Shown one piece after another: positions 49,287 through 59,235 of a DNA stretch of 64,000 nucleotides. The stretch's first letter is position 1. Every line of letters starts with the position of its first letter. The translations under genes and the position numbers were made by a program. This DNA comes from Roseibacillus sp. (GTDB lineage: Bacteria > Verrucomicrobiota > Verrucomicrobiia > Verrucomicrobiales > Akkermansiaceae): the NCBI GenBank assembly GCA_051251855.1, contig JBPOGI010000004.1:384001-448000 (forward strand), given 5' to 3'. A model generated the notes under the pieces. It was not told where the DNA came from. It saw nothing but the letters and a program-made list of their open reading frames with translations, and ran no database searches.

Positions 49287-51206
49287 TCAATAGCTCACTG
49301 CAAGCCGAAAGAAGCGAGAGTCGTCCCCGCCTGCGAGAGAAGTAGAATACCAAAAAAGCCCACTTCCGTCGTTTTCTTCGCTGGCAGTTACATCGGACCA
49401 TACACTCAAATCAGTTGACGTCAGAACTTGGTAGGTCAATTCATTCGCCTCTTTTCGGAATTGAAATTGCGCCTCGTTCGCCAACAGAAACATACTGGGG
49501 GCCAATAGTGCATCGGCCTCGGTGGGATTCATTCCCTGCGAATATTCGATGAGATTGGGTACTCCGTCGCCATCCTGATCTTGCCCGTCTCCTGCTAGCG
49601 AAGTCCCATCAGGATCCTCGAAATACCCATCCCGCCACGACTGCAGCGCGCTGAGAAGTTCATAACATCCCACATCAACCCTTCCATCGGCGACGCGACT
49701 AGCGCCCGCAAAGTCCTTCTCCCCACCTGCCGGAGTGAAGGGAGGCGAAGGCTCACCCAAGTTTTTACAGTAAGATGTTTCCGCAAGCTCAAAGTTGGTC
49801 GCCAATGGACTCTGCCAAGGCACCGCAACAACAAACTCTGGATCGTGAAAGCTAGAGTTCACCTCACCCCCGACCGCCCCCCTCCAAGCGGCCAAACCAT
49901 TAAAGGAAGCGTTGCTACCCGACTCGTTCAATCCAAACTCGATGTCTCCCTCATCCCCTTCCCAGAAATAGACATTGTAGTCGAAGACATTGGTCGATGA
50001 GAAGGCCCGCTGGGCAGCTGTCCCGCCTTCCACGTAGTGAATCACCATCTGTCCGGTGTTCGTATTCGCCCACAGGATATTATTCTTAAAGGTGTTGTTC
50101 TCCAGAAAATGTTGCAGCGCAATTTGACCACCGTAAGTCACCCGAGAATCATTGCGAAAAAGAGTATTGTTAGAGACCTTGCACAACCGCGTCGTTCCCC
50201 GCAGCGCATCATAGCCACCCATAATAATCCCCGGCCCAAAGTTGTGATGCAGTAAATTGTTTCTCATCACAATTTCATCGGTGAACCCGCTCGCATTCTC
50301 ACTCGCTAGTTCAATCCCAAAGTTACAGCGATAGACCTGATTGCGCTCCACCACAATACGCGTTCCGCCATCCACATAGATACCTGCTGCCGACTCATCA
50401 CCACCCCCAGTCGTGAAGCCGCCCCCGTAGCCAGGGTTAAAGGCGGAGTCGATATCGTACACCACATTTTCACTACAAACCCCGTCCCTTGCCCGATCGA
50501 CCCCAGAGGGAGCGCTTCCTTCATACCCAATAAAGTCGATGCCGATATTGTTGCAATCATGGACACGGTTACCCCGCACCGTGAAGTTCGTCACATTTCC
50601 ATTCAAAACCACCGACTCACTTTGTCCCGTTCGCAAATCAGAAACTTCGTTCTCTTTCAAAACCAAACCATCAATCGGACTACTCGACGTTCCGTATACT
50701 GCGATTCCAAATCCATTGGCCGACAGGCTGGTACTATTTTGCTGAATGTGATGAACATGGCAGCCCGAAATCTGCGTTCCCACCCCACTCCCCTCCACCA
50801 AAATTCCTACCGGGGTGCTCGCACTTGCTGCCGTGGCATAATTCCGAATCTCTAGGTCCTTCACGTGGACATGACTACTATTCAGAATCGACACCAAACC
50901 TACTCGTCCCCCTGACGGAACTGTCAAAGACGTGCCATCAATCACCGCAATCTCATCTGGAAAGCTTCTCACCACAATCGGGTCAACGAACGTCCCAGCC
51001 TTACCCGAAAACACGAGTCGTTCCGCATAAACTCCTTCCCGTAAAAATAAGGCATCCCCCGCCTCCAGTTCTCCCGCAGCAAAGGCAAACGTCTTCCATG
51101 GAGTTCCTATCGCCCCAGAATCCCCATCATCTCCAGTGGGACTCAGATAATAGTCCGCAGCTCCTACAAAGGAGGCCATCGAAAAAAACATCACCAGAAA
51201 TTTCAC
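49287..51206 (-). CDS. Secreted right-handed parallel beta-helix protein with C-terminal FFRL domain
   Basis: YYLSPTGDD..GTPWKT, PbH1-like repeats, VDVGCYE, DQDGDGVPNLIEY, RFFRL. Confidence 0.85.
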   Translation of the reverse strand: MKFLVMFFSMASFVGAADYYLSPTGDDGDSGAIGTPWKTFAFAAGELEAGDALFLREGVYAERLVFSGKAGTFVDPIVVRSFPDEIAVIDGTSLTVPSGGRVGLVSILNSSHVHVKDLEIRNYATAASASTPVGILVEGSGVGTQISGCHVHHIQQNSTSLSANGFGIAVYGTSSSPIDGLVLKENEVSDLRTGQSESVVLNGNVTNFTVRGNRVHDCNNIGIDFIGYEGSAPSGVDRARDGVCSENVVYDIDSAFNPGYGGGFTTGGGDESAAGIYVDGGTRIVVERNQVYRCNFGIELASENASGFTDEIVMRNNLLHHNFGPGIIMGGYDALRGTTRLCKVSNNTLFRNDSRVTYGGQIALQHFLENNTFKNNILWANTNTGQMVIHYVEGGTAAQRAFSSTNVFDYNVYFWEGDEGDIEFGLNESGSNASFNGLAAWRGAVGGEVNSSFHDPEFVVAVPWQSPLATNFELAETSYCKNLGEPSPPFTPAGGEKDFAGASRVADGRVDVGCYELLSALQSWRDGYFEDPDGTSLAGDGQDQDGDGVPNLIEYSQGMNPTEADALLAPSMFLLANEAQFQFRKEANELTYQVLTSTDLSVWSDVTASEENDGSGLFWYSTSLAGGDDSRFFRLAVSY

Positions 51207-51325
51207 GCCCTCAAGATGCCCCCTTCACCTTCGGACGACAAGAAGACAACTCAAGCTCCCCTCAACCCCAAAATCCAAAGCCCCGTCCTTTGCATCTTCG
51301 CCTCTTTGCGGTTCAAAATTCTCCT

Positions 51326-51366
51326 CTCCGTGCTCACTCCGCGCCCTTTGTGATTCTGCGTTGAAA
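51326..51366. repeat. CTCTGCG-type dispersed intergenic repeat
   Basis: CTCCGTGCTCACTCCGCG...TCTGCGTTGAAA, similar to ~6385-6426 and ~7830-7862. Confidence 0.6.
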
Positions 51367-51444
51367 CTCGAAACACCAACTCACCCCCCCAAAATGAAAG
51401 CTATCAAGATTGTCGCCCTGCATTGACCTGCTACTCTCACCCCA

Positions 51445-52386
51445 ATGAGCACATCACCCATCACCTTTCAACCCCTTTACAAAACCCGTGTCTGGGGCGG
51501 CCGTGTACTTGAGTCCCGCTATGCGCGCACTCTCCCGGACGAACAGCCTTATGGAGAATCTTGGGAACTTGTCGATCGAGCTGAAGACCAGTCCGTGGTC
51601 ACTTCCGCCAACTTCAACGGCAAAACCCTGAACGAACTCTGGACCAACCACCGAGCTGAAATCTTTGGCGAAGGCCTCCCCGACTCCGAGCGCTTCCCTA
51701 TCCTCATCAAAATTCTCGACTGCCAAGACGACCTTTCCATCCAAGTTCACCCTCCCGTCGACCTCGCGCCTTCCCTCAACGGCGAACCCAAGACTGAAAT
51801 GTGGTATCTCGCTGGGGCCGAAGAGCGAGCCAGCCTTTACATCGGCCTTAAGAATGGAGTCACCCGCCAACAATTCGAACAGTCCATCCAAGAAGGTACC
51901 GTCGCCGACTACGTTCATCGTATTGTCCCTAAAGAGGGCGAGTCTATCTTCATTCCCTCCGGTCGTCTTCACGCCATTGGAGGAGGCAACCTCATTTTCG
52001 AGATTCAGCAAAACTCCGACACCACCTACCGCGTCTTCGACTGGAACCGTCTTGGACTTGATGGCGAGCCACGCGAGCTTCACATCGATGAGTCTCTTGC
52101 CTCTATCGACTTCGACGACTTCGAACCCGACATGGACACTCCCATTGGCAACACTCTCGCCACTTGCGAATACTTCCAAACAGATGAACTCAAGGTCGCT
52201 GCCGGGGAATCTCTTTCCAACCCGGATGAAAACACCTTTTCCATTTTAGCGGTGGTGAAAGGTCAGCTTGCCTCTGCTAAAGAGATTCACAGCGAAGGCG
52301 ATTTTCTTCTCTTACCGAAGGGTTGCCCACCACTCAGCGCCAAGAAAGATTGCACCGTTCTTCAAGTCACACTTCCGAAGTCTTAA
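51445..52386 (+). CDS. manA: Mannose-6-phosphate isomerase, class I
   Basis: VWGG, GESWE, FPILIKILD, LSIQVHP, KTEMWY, EIQQNSDTTYR. Confidence 0.93.
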   Translation: MSTSPITFQPLYKTRVWGGRVLESRYARTLPDEQPYGESWELVDRAEDQSVVTSANFNGKTLNELWTNHRAEIFGEGLPDSERFPILIKILDCQDDLSIQVHPPVDLAPSLNGEPKTEMWYLAGAEERASLYIGLKNGVTRQQFEQSIQEGTVADYVHRIVPKEGESIFIPSGRLHAIGGGNLIFEIQQNSDTTYRVFDWNRLGLDGEPRELHIDESLASIDFDDFEPDMDTPIGNTLATCEYFQTDELKVAAGESLSNPDENTFSILAVVKGQLASAKEIHSEGDFLLLPKGCPPLSAKKDCTVLQVTLPKS

Positions 52387-52507
52387 CGGACAATGGAACG
52401 CGAGTCTTCAGCTCGGTTCCCCCGAAAAAGTCGAGGCCCCACTGCAATCGTCCTACCGGTAGGGCCAAGTAAAAGCTCGCGGTCTATCCCACTTTTAGAG
52501 GACCCCT

Positions 52508-53473
52508 CTAACGTAAGCCCACTGCTTTTCGAACCCGAGTCAGCACCTCGTCTGCCTCTTCGCGAGCTCGAGCCGCTCCGTCAGCGAGAACTTTCTCAAC
52601 ATAGGCGTCATCCTTTTCTAACTCTTCACGGCGCTCTCGCATGGGGGTAAAGTGGTCCCAATAGGCATCGAAGAGGCGCTGCTTCAAATCGCCATAACCG
52701 AATCCGCCCGCCTCAAAATCAGCTTTGAGCTGGGCCTGATCAGCCTCGTTGGCAAAGAAGCGATAGAGGTCGAGAATGATGGAATTTTCGGTAGGCTTGG
52801 GAGCCTCAAGCGGAGTCGAGTCCGTCTCGATTTTCATCACCAGTTTGCGCATTTTTTTCTGCGCTCCGAAAATTGGGATCGTATTGTTGTAACTCTTCGA
52901 CATTTTCTGCCCATCCAGGCCAGGCACTTTCGCAACCTCATCCCGAATGCGCGCTTCCGGTAGCACCAAAGTCGCCTCCCCGAACTGGTCATTGATCTTG
53001 CCAACCAAATCTCGCGTCACTTCCAAGTGCTGCTTCTGGTCCTCCCCTACCGGCACCAGATTAGCATCATAGAGTAGAATATCTGCCGCCATTAGCACTG
53101 GATAGGCAAAGAGAGCATGATTCGCGGAAAGTCCTTTCGCAATTTTATCCTTATACGAGTGACACCTCTCCAAAAGCCCCATCGGACAGACTGTCGATAG
53201 AATCCAGGCCAATTCATTCACCTCGGGCACATCGGACTGCCGAAAGAAGAACGCCTTCGCTGGATCCAAACCGCAAGCTAGAAAGTCGATAGCCAGCTCC
53301 CTGACATTCTCCCGCAACGCCGCGGGATCTGACGTCGACGACATCGCATGATAGTCGGCAATGAAGTAAAAAGCCTCCCCCTCATCCTGAAGGCGCACCG
53401 CAGGCTCCATGGCTCCAAAGTAGTTGCCGATGTGGAGTTTCCCTGACGGCTGGAGTCCGGTAAGAATTCGCAT
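52508..53473 (-). CDS. trpS: Tryptophan--tRNA ligase
   Basis: GLQPSGKLHIGNY, YPVLMAADIL, VPVGEDQKQH, KMSKS. Confidence 0.98.
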   Translation of the reverse strand: MRILTGLQPSGKLHIGNYFGAMEPAVRLQDEGEAFYFIADYHAMSSTSDPAALRENVRELAIDFLACGLDPAKAFFFRQSDVPEVNELAWILSTVCPMGLLERCHSYKDKIAKGLSANHALFAYPVLMAADILLYDANLVPVGEDQKQHLEVTRDLVGKINDQFGEATLVLPEARIRDEVAKVPGLDGQKMSKSYNNTIPIFGAQKKMRKLVMKIETDSTPLEAPKPTENSIILDLYRFFANEADQAQLKADFEAGGFGYGDLKQRLFDAYWDHFTPMRERREELEKDDAYVEKVLADGAARAREEADEVLTRVRKAVGLR

Positions 53474-53584
53474 GGCGGTCTCATAACCAGCTTCAGCCAG
53501 TGGGGGAAGCGCGAAGGTTATCGGATTTTCAGGACTGCCGTGGCTTATTCTTAGACTAGCTCGCTTATTACAAAGTGCTTCCTA

Positions 53585-53677
53585 CTGGGAGCGCCGGTCT
53601 TTGACCGGCCCCAACGGTCCGATACAACGGTCCGACACTACGGTCCAGCAGGGCCGGTCACAGACCAGCGCTCTCAG
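53585..53677. repeat. REP doublet, family B, with three internal 13-bp tandem units
   Basis: CTGGGAGCGCCGGTCTTTGACCGGCCC ... GGGCCGGTCACAGACCAGCGCTCTCAG; internal CWACGGTCC.... x3. Confidence 0.8.
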
Positions 53678-53706
53678 TGCCGGTTCGGCCCCAATGCCCT
53701 CTCGAC

Positions 53707-53739
53707 AAAAAAGGGCCCCCGACATCATGTCGAGAGCCC
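53707..53739 (-). terminator. recA intrinsic terminator
   Basis: Minus strand GGGCTCTCGACA-TGA-TGTCGGGGGCCC-TTTTTT. Confidence 0.85.
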
Positions 53740-53772
53740 ATGTTATGAGATTGTTCAGTCCCTAATCGAAAA

Positions 53773-54819
53773 CTACTTCGCCATTTCGGCTTTCACTTTG
53801 TCCTCAATTTCGAGGTAAAGCTCTTCATTCTCCTTGAGCGCATTCTTGGTTCCATCACGCCCTTGGCCCAGTTGGTTACCGTCGTAACTAAACCAACTTC
53901 CTCGCTTCTGGACGATTCCGAACTCAAGCGCGAGATCCAACAAGGAGCCCACTGAAGAAATTCCCTCGTTATACATGATGTCAAACTCGGCCTCCGTGAA
54001 AGGAGGAGCCACCTTGTTCTTCACCATCTTAATTTTGGTGCGACTTCCCGTTACCACGCCATCGGTTCCCTTAATCTGGCCAATGCGACGAATATCAATC
54101 CGCACCGAAGAAAAGAACTTGAGCGCACGACCACCAGGAGTGGTCTCAGGACTACCGAACATCACTCCAATTTTCTCGCGGATCTGGTTCGTGAAAATAC
54201 AGACCGTGCGAGCCTTGGAAATATTCGCGGTCAGCTTCCGCATCGCCGCACTCATCAAGCGTGCTTGGGCGCCGACAGTGGTATCACCAATCTCGCCGTC
54301 CAATTCCTGACGCGTCACCAATGCCGCAACCGAGTCGAGAACGACGACATCGAGAGCGTTCGAGCGCACGAGAGTCTCACAAATTTGCAGGGCTTCCTCA
54401 CCTGAAGAAGGCTGGGAAATCAAAAGATCGTCCGTGTTCACCCCCAACTTACGAGCGTAGGAGGGGTCAAGCGCGTGCTCCACGTCGATAAATGCTGCCA
54501 GTCCGCCCGCCTTTTGCGCCTGCGCAATCGCGGTGAGAGTGAGGGTTGTCTTACCGGAACTTTCTGGACCGAAGACCTCGATGATACGGCCACGTGGCAG
54601 CCCACCCACTCCAAGAGCACGGTCAATGAGTAGGTTACCAGTAGGAATCGAGTCGACATCCATTCGAGTGTCGTCACCCAAACGCATGATGGCGGCTTCG
54701 CCAAAATCTTTCTGGATTTGGGTAATCGCAAGGTCGAGATTCTTCACTCGAGCCTGCTGGATCTTATCATCAATCGCAGCGGCGCGGGATGATTTTGCTT
54801 TCGGGGACTTTTCAGACAT
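53773..54819 (-). CDS. recA: Recombinase RecA
   Basis: [49 protein letters not shown]; start uncertain (54819 or 54849). Confidence 0.99.
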   Translation of the reverse strand: MSEKSPKAKSSRAAAIDDKIQQARVKNLDLAITQIQKDFGEAAIMRLGDDTRMDVDSIPTGNLLIDRALGVGGLPRGRIIEVFGPESSGKTTLTLTAIAQAQKAGGLAAFIDVEHALDPSYARKLGVNTDDLLISQPSSGEEALQICETLVRSNALDVVVLDSVAALVTRQELDGEIGDTTVGAQARLMSAAMRKLTANISKARTVCIFTNQIREKIGVMFGSPETTPGGRALKFFSSVRIDIRRIGQIKGTDGVVTGSRTKIKMVKNKVAPPFTEAEFDIMYNEGISSVGSLLDLALEFGIVQKRGSWFSYDGNQLGQGRDGTKNALKENEELYLEIEDKVKAEMAK

Positions 54820-54875
54820 TTTTGGTTTTTCTTCAGCTACGGTGACCATGACGATACTTTTTGAGTTCGCCAAAG

Positions 54876-54904
54876 GTTTTAGCCCCCTCCTGACAACCGG
54901 TCAA
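54876..54904 (-). promoter_or_regulatory. Putative sigma70-type recA promoter
   Basis: TTGACC-N17-TAAAAC on the minus strand. Confidence 0.5.
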
Positions 54905-54912
54905 GAGAAAAC

Positions 54913-54941
54913 TGTTCAAATGATTATTGTTCTTCTGATTA
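54913..54941. promoter_or_regulatory. Two tandem imperfect Verrucomicrobia-type LexA boxes
   Basis: TGTTC-AAAT-GATTA-t-TGTTC-TTCT-GATTA versus the consensus TGTTC-N4-GAACA. Confidence 0.65.
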
Positions 54942-55964
54942 TTCAACAACAGGCTCTGGATTCACGGTCGGAGCCTTAGGCTTTTCTGCAGCCTCAGCCT
55001 CCTCAACAACACTGGGCTCTCCAGGCAACTCTACCTCTGCAGGCTGCTCCTGCGCCTCTTTTTCCATTTGGGCCTTCAACTCCAAATGCTCAGAAATGCT
55101 CTTCTTAATCTGCTCAACATTCTGGGTGAACTCTGACTCAGGTGCGAAGGTCGCCATTTTATCAATCTCGGCAAAAGCCTCTTCTTGTTCGCCTCGCTCC
55201 ACATGAACCATGACACGCCCCATCAGAATGTGCTGTCTCTCTTCCCCCTGAGGATCGTGCTCGGCGAGGAAGGTGTCCACTTGCTTCAGGACAGCATCAA
55301 AATCTCCAGCAGCGAGGTTTTCTTCGACCTTCTCTTCGAAGGTAGCCATGGCCTTAGCAGTCGCCATCTCGGCAATCATGCCCGTCTCATCTTCGGGATC
55401 GAGTTTCGCAAGTTCCGCTAATTCAGCGCTGAAATGCTCTTCAATCTCAACTCCCGCGAGAGTTCGTAAAAAGGCTACCAAAGCTCCTTTACGCGCATCT
55501 CCTTCAGCCGCCTTGAGATCAGTAAAAGGCTTACTGATTTTTTCGAGATGCTTCAGATAGGCTTCCGGTCCCCCCGCCTCATAGCCTGTGCGCGCAAACG
55601 CACGGCCCTTTTCATCAAAAAGCAAGACACTCGGGAATCCTTGGACCCCTAGTTTCTGAGCCAACTCCTCGTTTTTAGCCCGTTGCTCGGGAGCAATCAC
55701 GCCCTCAGCTTGAGGAAAATCGAGTTCGACTAAGACATACTTATCACCAGCCACCTCGAAGGCTTCTTGGCTAAAAACCTCCTCCTTCAGCTTGATACAC
55801 CAATGACACCAGTCTGAACCGGTAAAATCAACGAGCATCGTTTTACCCGACTCCGCAGCCGCTTTTTTTCCTTCTTCAAAGTCGCTCAACCACTTGAGCT
55901 CCCCTTGCGCAGCACCCACCAAAAGTCCCAGCGTTCCAACCGCTGCCAATAATCTATTCTTCAT
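54939..55964 (-). CDS. Secreted thioredoxin family protein (CHWC)
   Basis: DFTGSDWCHWC, GFPSV. Confidence 0.9.
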   Translation of the reverse strand: MKNRLLAAVGTLGLLVGAAQGELKWLSDFEEGKKAAAESGKTMLVDFTGSDWCHWCIKLKEEVFSQEAFEVAGDKYVLVELDFPQAEGVIAPEQRAKNEELAQKLGVQGFPSVLLFDEKGRAFARTGYEAGGPEAYLKHLEKISKPFTDLKAAEGDARKGALVAFLRTLAGVEIEEHFSAELAELAKLDPEDETGMIAEMATAKAMATFEEKVEENLAAGDFDAVLKQVDTFLAEHDPQGEERQHILMGRVMVHVERGEQEEAFAEIDKMATFAPESEFTQNVEQIKKSISEHLELKAQMEKEAQEQPAEVELPGEPSVVEEAEAAEKPKAPTVNPEPVVE

Positions 55965-56025
55965 TACTGCGATAGGACGCAGCTTGGCGGTGGATTAGTC
56001 AAATTCAAATCGTGCAAGCCGACAA

Positions 56026-56901
56026 CTATTCCTCGGCCGCCTGACGCAACTCTTCAGCTTTCTTGCGAAGCTCCTCAGATTTCTGTCGAAGATCTGCAGC
56101 GCGTTTTTCAAAGGCATCCACCTGAGGAGTCGCTTCCACTTTTTTCGCGTTGGGCGCTTCTGGTTTTGCCTTGGGCTTCTTGGCTGCGACTTTCTTCTCT
56201 GACTCCTGCACCTCCTTTTTCTGCGCGAGTTCGCGCGCGGTAGCTTCTGCCTTGTGAGCCTCGTTGTGAGCAGCTTGGGCCGCAGCCAAATCAGATTCTG
56301 CCTTCGTAAAAGCCTTTTCCGCCTTCGCTAAATTCAGGTGACTCGCCTCAAGAGCCTGCAAGGACTGCTGATGACCTGAGACTTTCTCGGGTTTCTCCTT
56401 CGAGACCACCTTCTCCGCCTTGGCTGCTTCCTTTGCCTTTTCCTTCTTAGGCTTTGCCGCAGGCTTTTCCTTCTTGGGCTGAACAGGCTTCACCGGCTTG
56501 GGCTTTTCATCAACCGCCGCCAAGGCTGCATTCGCACGCTGCTTGAGGCCCATCGCTTGCTTGCCAAGAGTCGTCGTCGGCTCCTCATCATGAAGCGCCT
56601 GCGCGGTCTTGGAGGCCTTTGCGAAATCGCGCGCACGCATCAGCGAAAAATACTGCAAAGAGAGAGCCGCCTGCTTTTGCTCAGCATCAAGACCCTCTTC
56701 CGAAAGATAGACGTCACACTGCTCCGCCGCCTTCCCAAACTTGCGGTCCGCCCAGAGCTTTTCCAACTCGCCACGAAGCTGCTCGAAACCATCCCCCTTC
56801 TCCACCTCCCGAGCTTGCGCTACCTCAGCCTTCTCCTCCGCCGCATAGCCCAAGGGAATCACGGAACCCATACAGATCAGACCAAGAATAAAAAATCGCA
56901 T
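56026..56901 (-). CDS. Hypothetical secreted Lys/Ala/Glu-rich protein
   Basis: Signal peptide; TPR-like and coiled-coil segments. Confidence 0.75.
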   Translation of the reverse strand: MRFFILGLICMGSVIPLGYAAEEKAEVAQAREVEKGDGFEQLRGELEKLWADRKFGKAAEQCDVYLSEEGLDAEQKQAALSLQYFSLMRARDFAKASKTAQALHDEEPTTTLGKQAMGLKQRANAALAAVDEKPKPVKPVQPKKEKPAAKPKKEKAKEAAKAEKVVSKEKPEKVSGHQQSLQALEASHLNLAKAEKAFTKAESDLAAAQAAHNEAHKAEATARELAQKKEVQESEKKVAAKKPKAKPEAPNAKKVEATPQVDAFEKRAADLRQKSEELRKKAEELRQAAEE

Positions 56902-57025
56902 AGCCCATCTTTAGGCCGCCCTCTGGATCGAGGCAAGCGAACAAGGCCAACGCTCTCGCAAACTTTCTCCAAAAGTTCTCGGTTCAGTCTGGACTCTGCT
57001 CCTTGGTTTCTGGTCTCTTATCGGC

Positions 57026-58411
57026 ATGTCTGAAACACGCATTGAAAGCGATTCTATGGGCGAAATGGCCGTCCCTATCGAAGCCCTCTACGGAGCCTCC
57101 ACCCAGCGCGCCGTCCTCAACTTCCCAGTCTCCCACCGCCCTGTCGATCCCTTGATGGTTCACGCCTATGGACTCATCAAACTCGCTGCCGCCCGCGCCA
57201 ACGGCGAACTCGGAGTCGTCGATACAGACAAAACCGCCATCATCGAACAAGCCGCGCGCGAAGTACTCGAAGGCAAGCACGACGAACACTTCCCCGTCGA
57301 CACCTACCAAACCGGTTCCGGCACCTCGACCAACATGAACGCTAACGAGGTCATCGCCAACCGCGCCAAGCAAATCGCCCCAGATTGCGGCGTCCACCCC
57401 AACGATCACGTTAACCAGAGCCAATCCTCCAACGACACCTTTCCCACCGCGATGCACATCGCCACCGGAATGGCGCTCAAGGATCTCCTTATCCCCGCGC
57501 TCGAAGGCCTGCACAAATCGCTCGTGCAAAAGGCACACGAATTCCACGACGTTCTCAAGATTGGCCGCACCCACCTCATGGACGCCACTCCTGTGCGTCT
57601 CGGGCAAGAGTTCTCCGGCTTCGCAAAGCAAGTCGAACGCTCCCTTGACCGCTCCCACAAAGCCCTCAATGCCATCTTCGAACTTCCCCTCGGTGGCACC
57701 GCCGTCGGCACCGGCCTCAACTGCCATCCCGACTTCCCCAAAAAGGCCATCGCCATCATCGCAGAAGAAAGCGGTATCGACTTTATCGAAGCTGAGAATC
57801 ACTTCGAAGCTCAAGCCGCCAAAGACGCCCTCGTCGAAGCTCACGGCCAGCTCAACACCATCGCCACCAGCCTCTACAAAATTGCGAACGACGTCCGCCT
57901 GTTAGGTTCTGGCCCTCGCTGCTCCATCGGTGAGATTTCACTTCCCTCTACACAACCCGGCTCCTCCATCATGCCCGGCAAAGTCAATCCTGTGATGGCA
58001 GAAGCAGTCACCATGGTCTCCGCTCGCGTCTTCGGAAACCACAGCACCGTCACTTGGGCTGGCGCCAACGGACACTTCGAGCTCAACGTCTTCATGCCCG
58101 TCATGATTGACGCCGTTCTTCAGTCTACTCGCTTGTTAGCCAACGTCGCCGCCATTTTCGATGAAAAGTGCGTGCAAGGCATCGTCGCCAACAAAGAACG
58201 TTGCGAGTCCCTCATTGAGAACTCCCTTTCCATGGTCACCAGCCTCGCCCCCATCATTGGCTACGAGCCCGCCAGCAAGATTGCCAAAGAAAGCGTCGCC
58301 ACCGGCCGCACCGTACGCGATCTCTGCGCCGAGCGCCTCGACGAACTTGGCATCGACGCCAACCAACTCGCCCTCGCCCTCGATCCCGGCACCATGGCGG
58401 GAGACAACTAA
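57026..58411 (+). CDS. fumC: Class II fumarate hydratase
   Basis: QTGSGTSTNMNANEV, SSNDTFPTAMH, GRTHLMDA, GSSIMPGKVNP. Confidence 0.96.
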   Translation: MSETRIESDSMGEMAVPIEALYGASTQRAVLNFPVSHRPVDPLMVHAYGLIKLAAARANGELGVVDTDKTAIIEQAAREVLEGKHDEHFPVDTYQTGSGTSTNMNANEVIANRAKQIAPDCGVHPNDHVNQSQSSNDTFPTAMHIATGMALKDLLIPALEGLHKSLVQKAHEFHDVLKIGRTHLMDATPVRLGQEFSGFAKQVERSLDRSHKALNAIFELPLGGTAVGTGLNCHPDFPKKAIAIIAEESGIDFIEAENHFEAQAAKDALVEAHGQLNTIATSLYKIANDVRLLGSGPRCSIGEISLPSTQPGSSIMPGKVNPVMAEAVTMVSARVFGNHSTVTWAGANGHFELNVFMPVMIDAVLQSTRLLANVAAIFDEKCVQGIVANKERCESLIENSLSMVTSLAPIIGYEPASKIAKESVATGRTVRDLCAERLDELGIDANQLALALDPGTMAGDN

Positions 58412-58448
58412 GAAAGAAGCTGGAAGCACCAGCTCCACATCAATGGTC

Positions 58449-59174
58449 ATGAATACGAAAACCTTCCTAACTACAGCCCTCACCACTCTTCTCGTAGGAG
58501 CTTCACCGAGTTTCGGGCAGTCTCTCAGTGAACAATTGATCGCCCGCGAGACCAATGGTTCGAAGATGGGCCCTGAGATTAAGGCTAAGTTTGCTAAGGG
58601 CATTGCTTCGGTCAAGGAGGCCGGAATCGTCGAGAGCGCCAAACAAGTTGGGGACCTAGCCCCCGACTTCACACTCACGAACGCCACCGGTAAAGAGGTC
58701 ACCCTTTCCGATGAACTCAAGAAGGGTCCCGTAGTCCTGACCTGGTATCGCGGCGGCTGGTGTCCCTATTGCAATATTGCGATGGCCGCGATGCAGGACA
58801 GCCTGCCAGAAATTCAGAAGGCTGGAGCGACCCTCATTGCCCTTACCCCAGAGCTCGCCGACAAGACCCTCTCCACGGTCGAAAAGAACAAACTTGAGTT
58901 CGAGGTTCTCACTGATCTCAATCATCAAGTAGCCCAAGAATACGATCTCCTTTTCAAGCTCACTCCCGAGGTCGAGAAGCTCTACGGTGAATTCTTCGAC
59001 CTCAAAAAATACAACGGAGCCGACGCCGGCACCGACACCCTCCCCCTCGTCGCCACCTACATCATCGGGCAAGACGGCAAGATTGTCTGGTCCTTCCTCC
59101 ACCACGACTACCACAAGCGCGCCGAACCTGCCGACATCGTCGCCTTCCTTGAGAAGACAAAGAAGAGCCAATAA
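58449..59174 (+). CDS. Secreted peroxiredoxin-like (AhpC/TSA) protein
   Basis: GDLAPDFTL, YRGGWCPYC. Confidence 0.9.
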   Translation: MNTKTFLTTALTTLLVGASPSFGQSLSEQLIARETNGSKMGPEIKAKFAKGIASVKEAGIVESAKQVGDLAPDFTLTNATGKEVTLSDELKKGPVVLTWYRGGWCPYCNIAMAAMQDSLPEIQKAGATLIALTPELADKTLSTVEKNKLEFEVLTDLNHQVAQEYDLLFKLTPEVEKLYGEFFDLKKYNGADAGTDTLPLVATYIIGQDGKIVWSFLHHDYHKRAEPADIVAFLEKTKKSQ

Positions 59175-59235
59175 AAAGAACTGGGACAGCGACTTTGCAA
59201 GCTGCTCAGAAAGGACCATAGTAGGCTTCGATAAA

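Noticed and set aside
54939..59174. Additional selenoproteins among the thioredoxin and peroxiredoxin-like genes
   Set aside because: Both have ordinary CxxC motifs (CHWC, CPYC) with no in-frame TGA.
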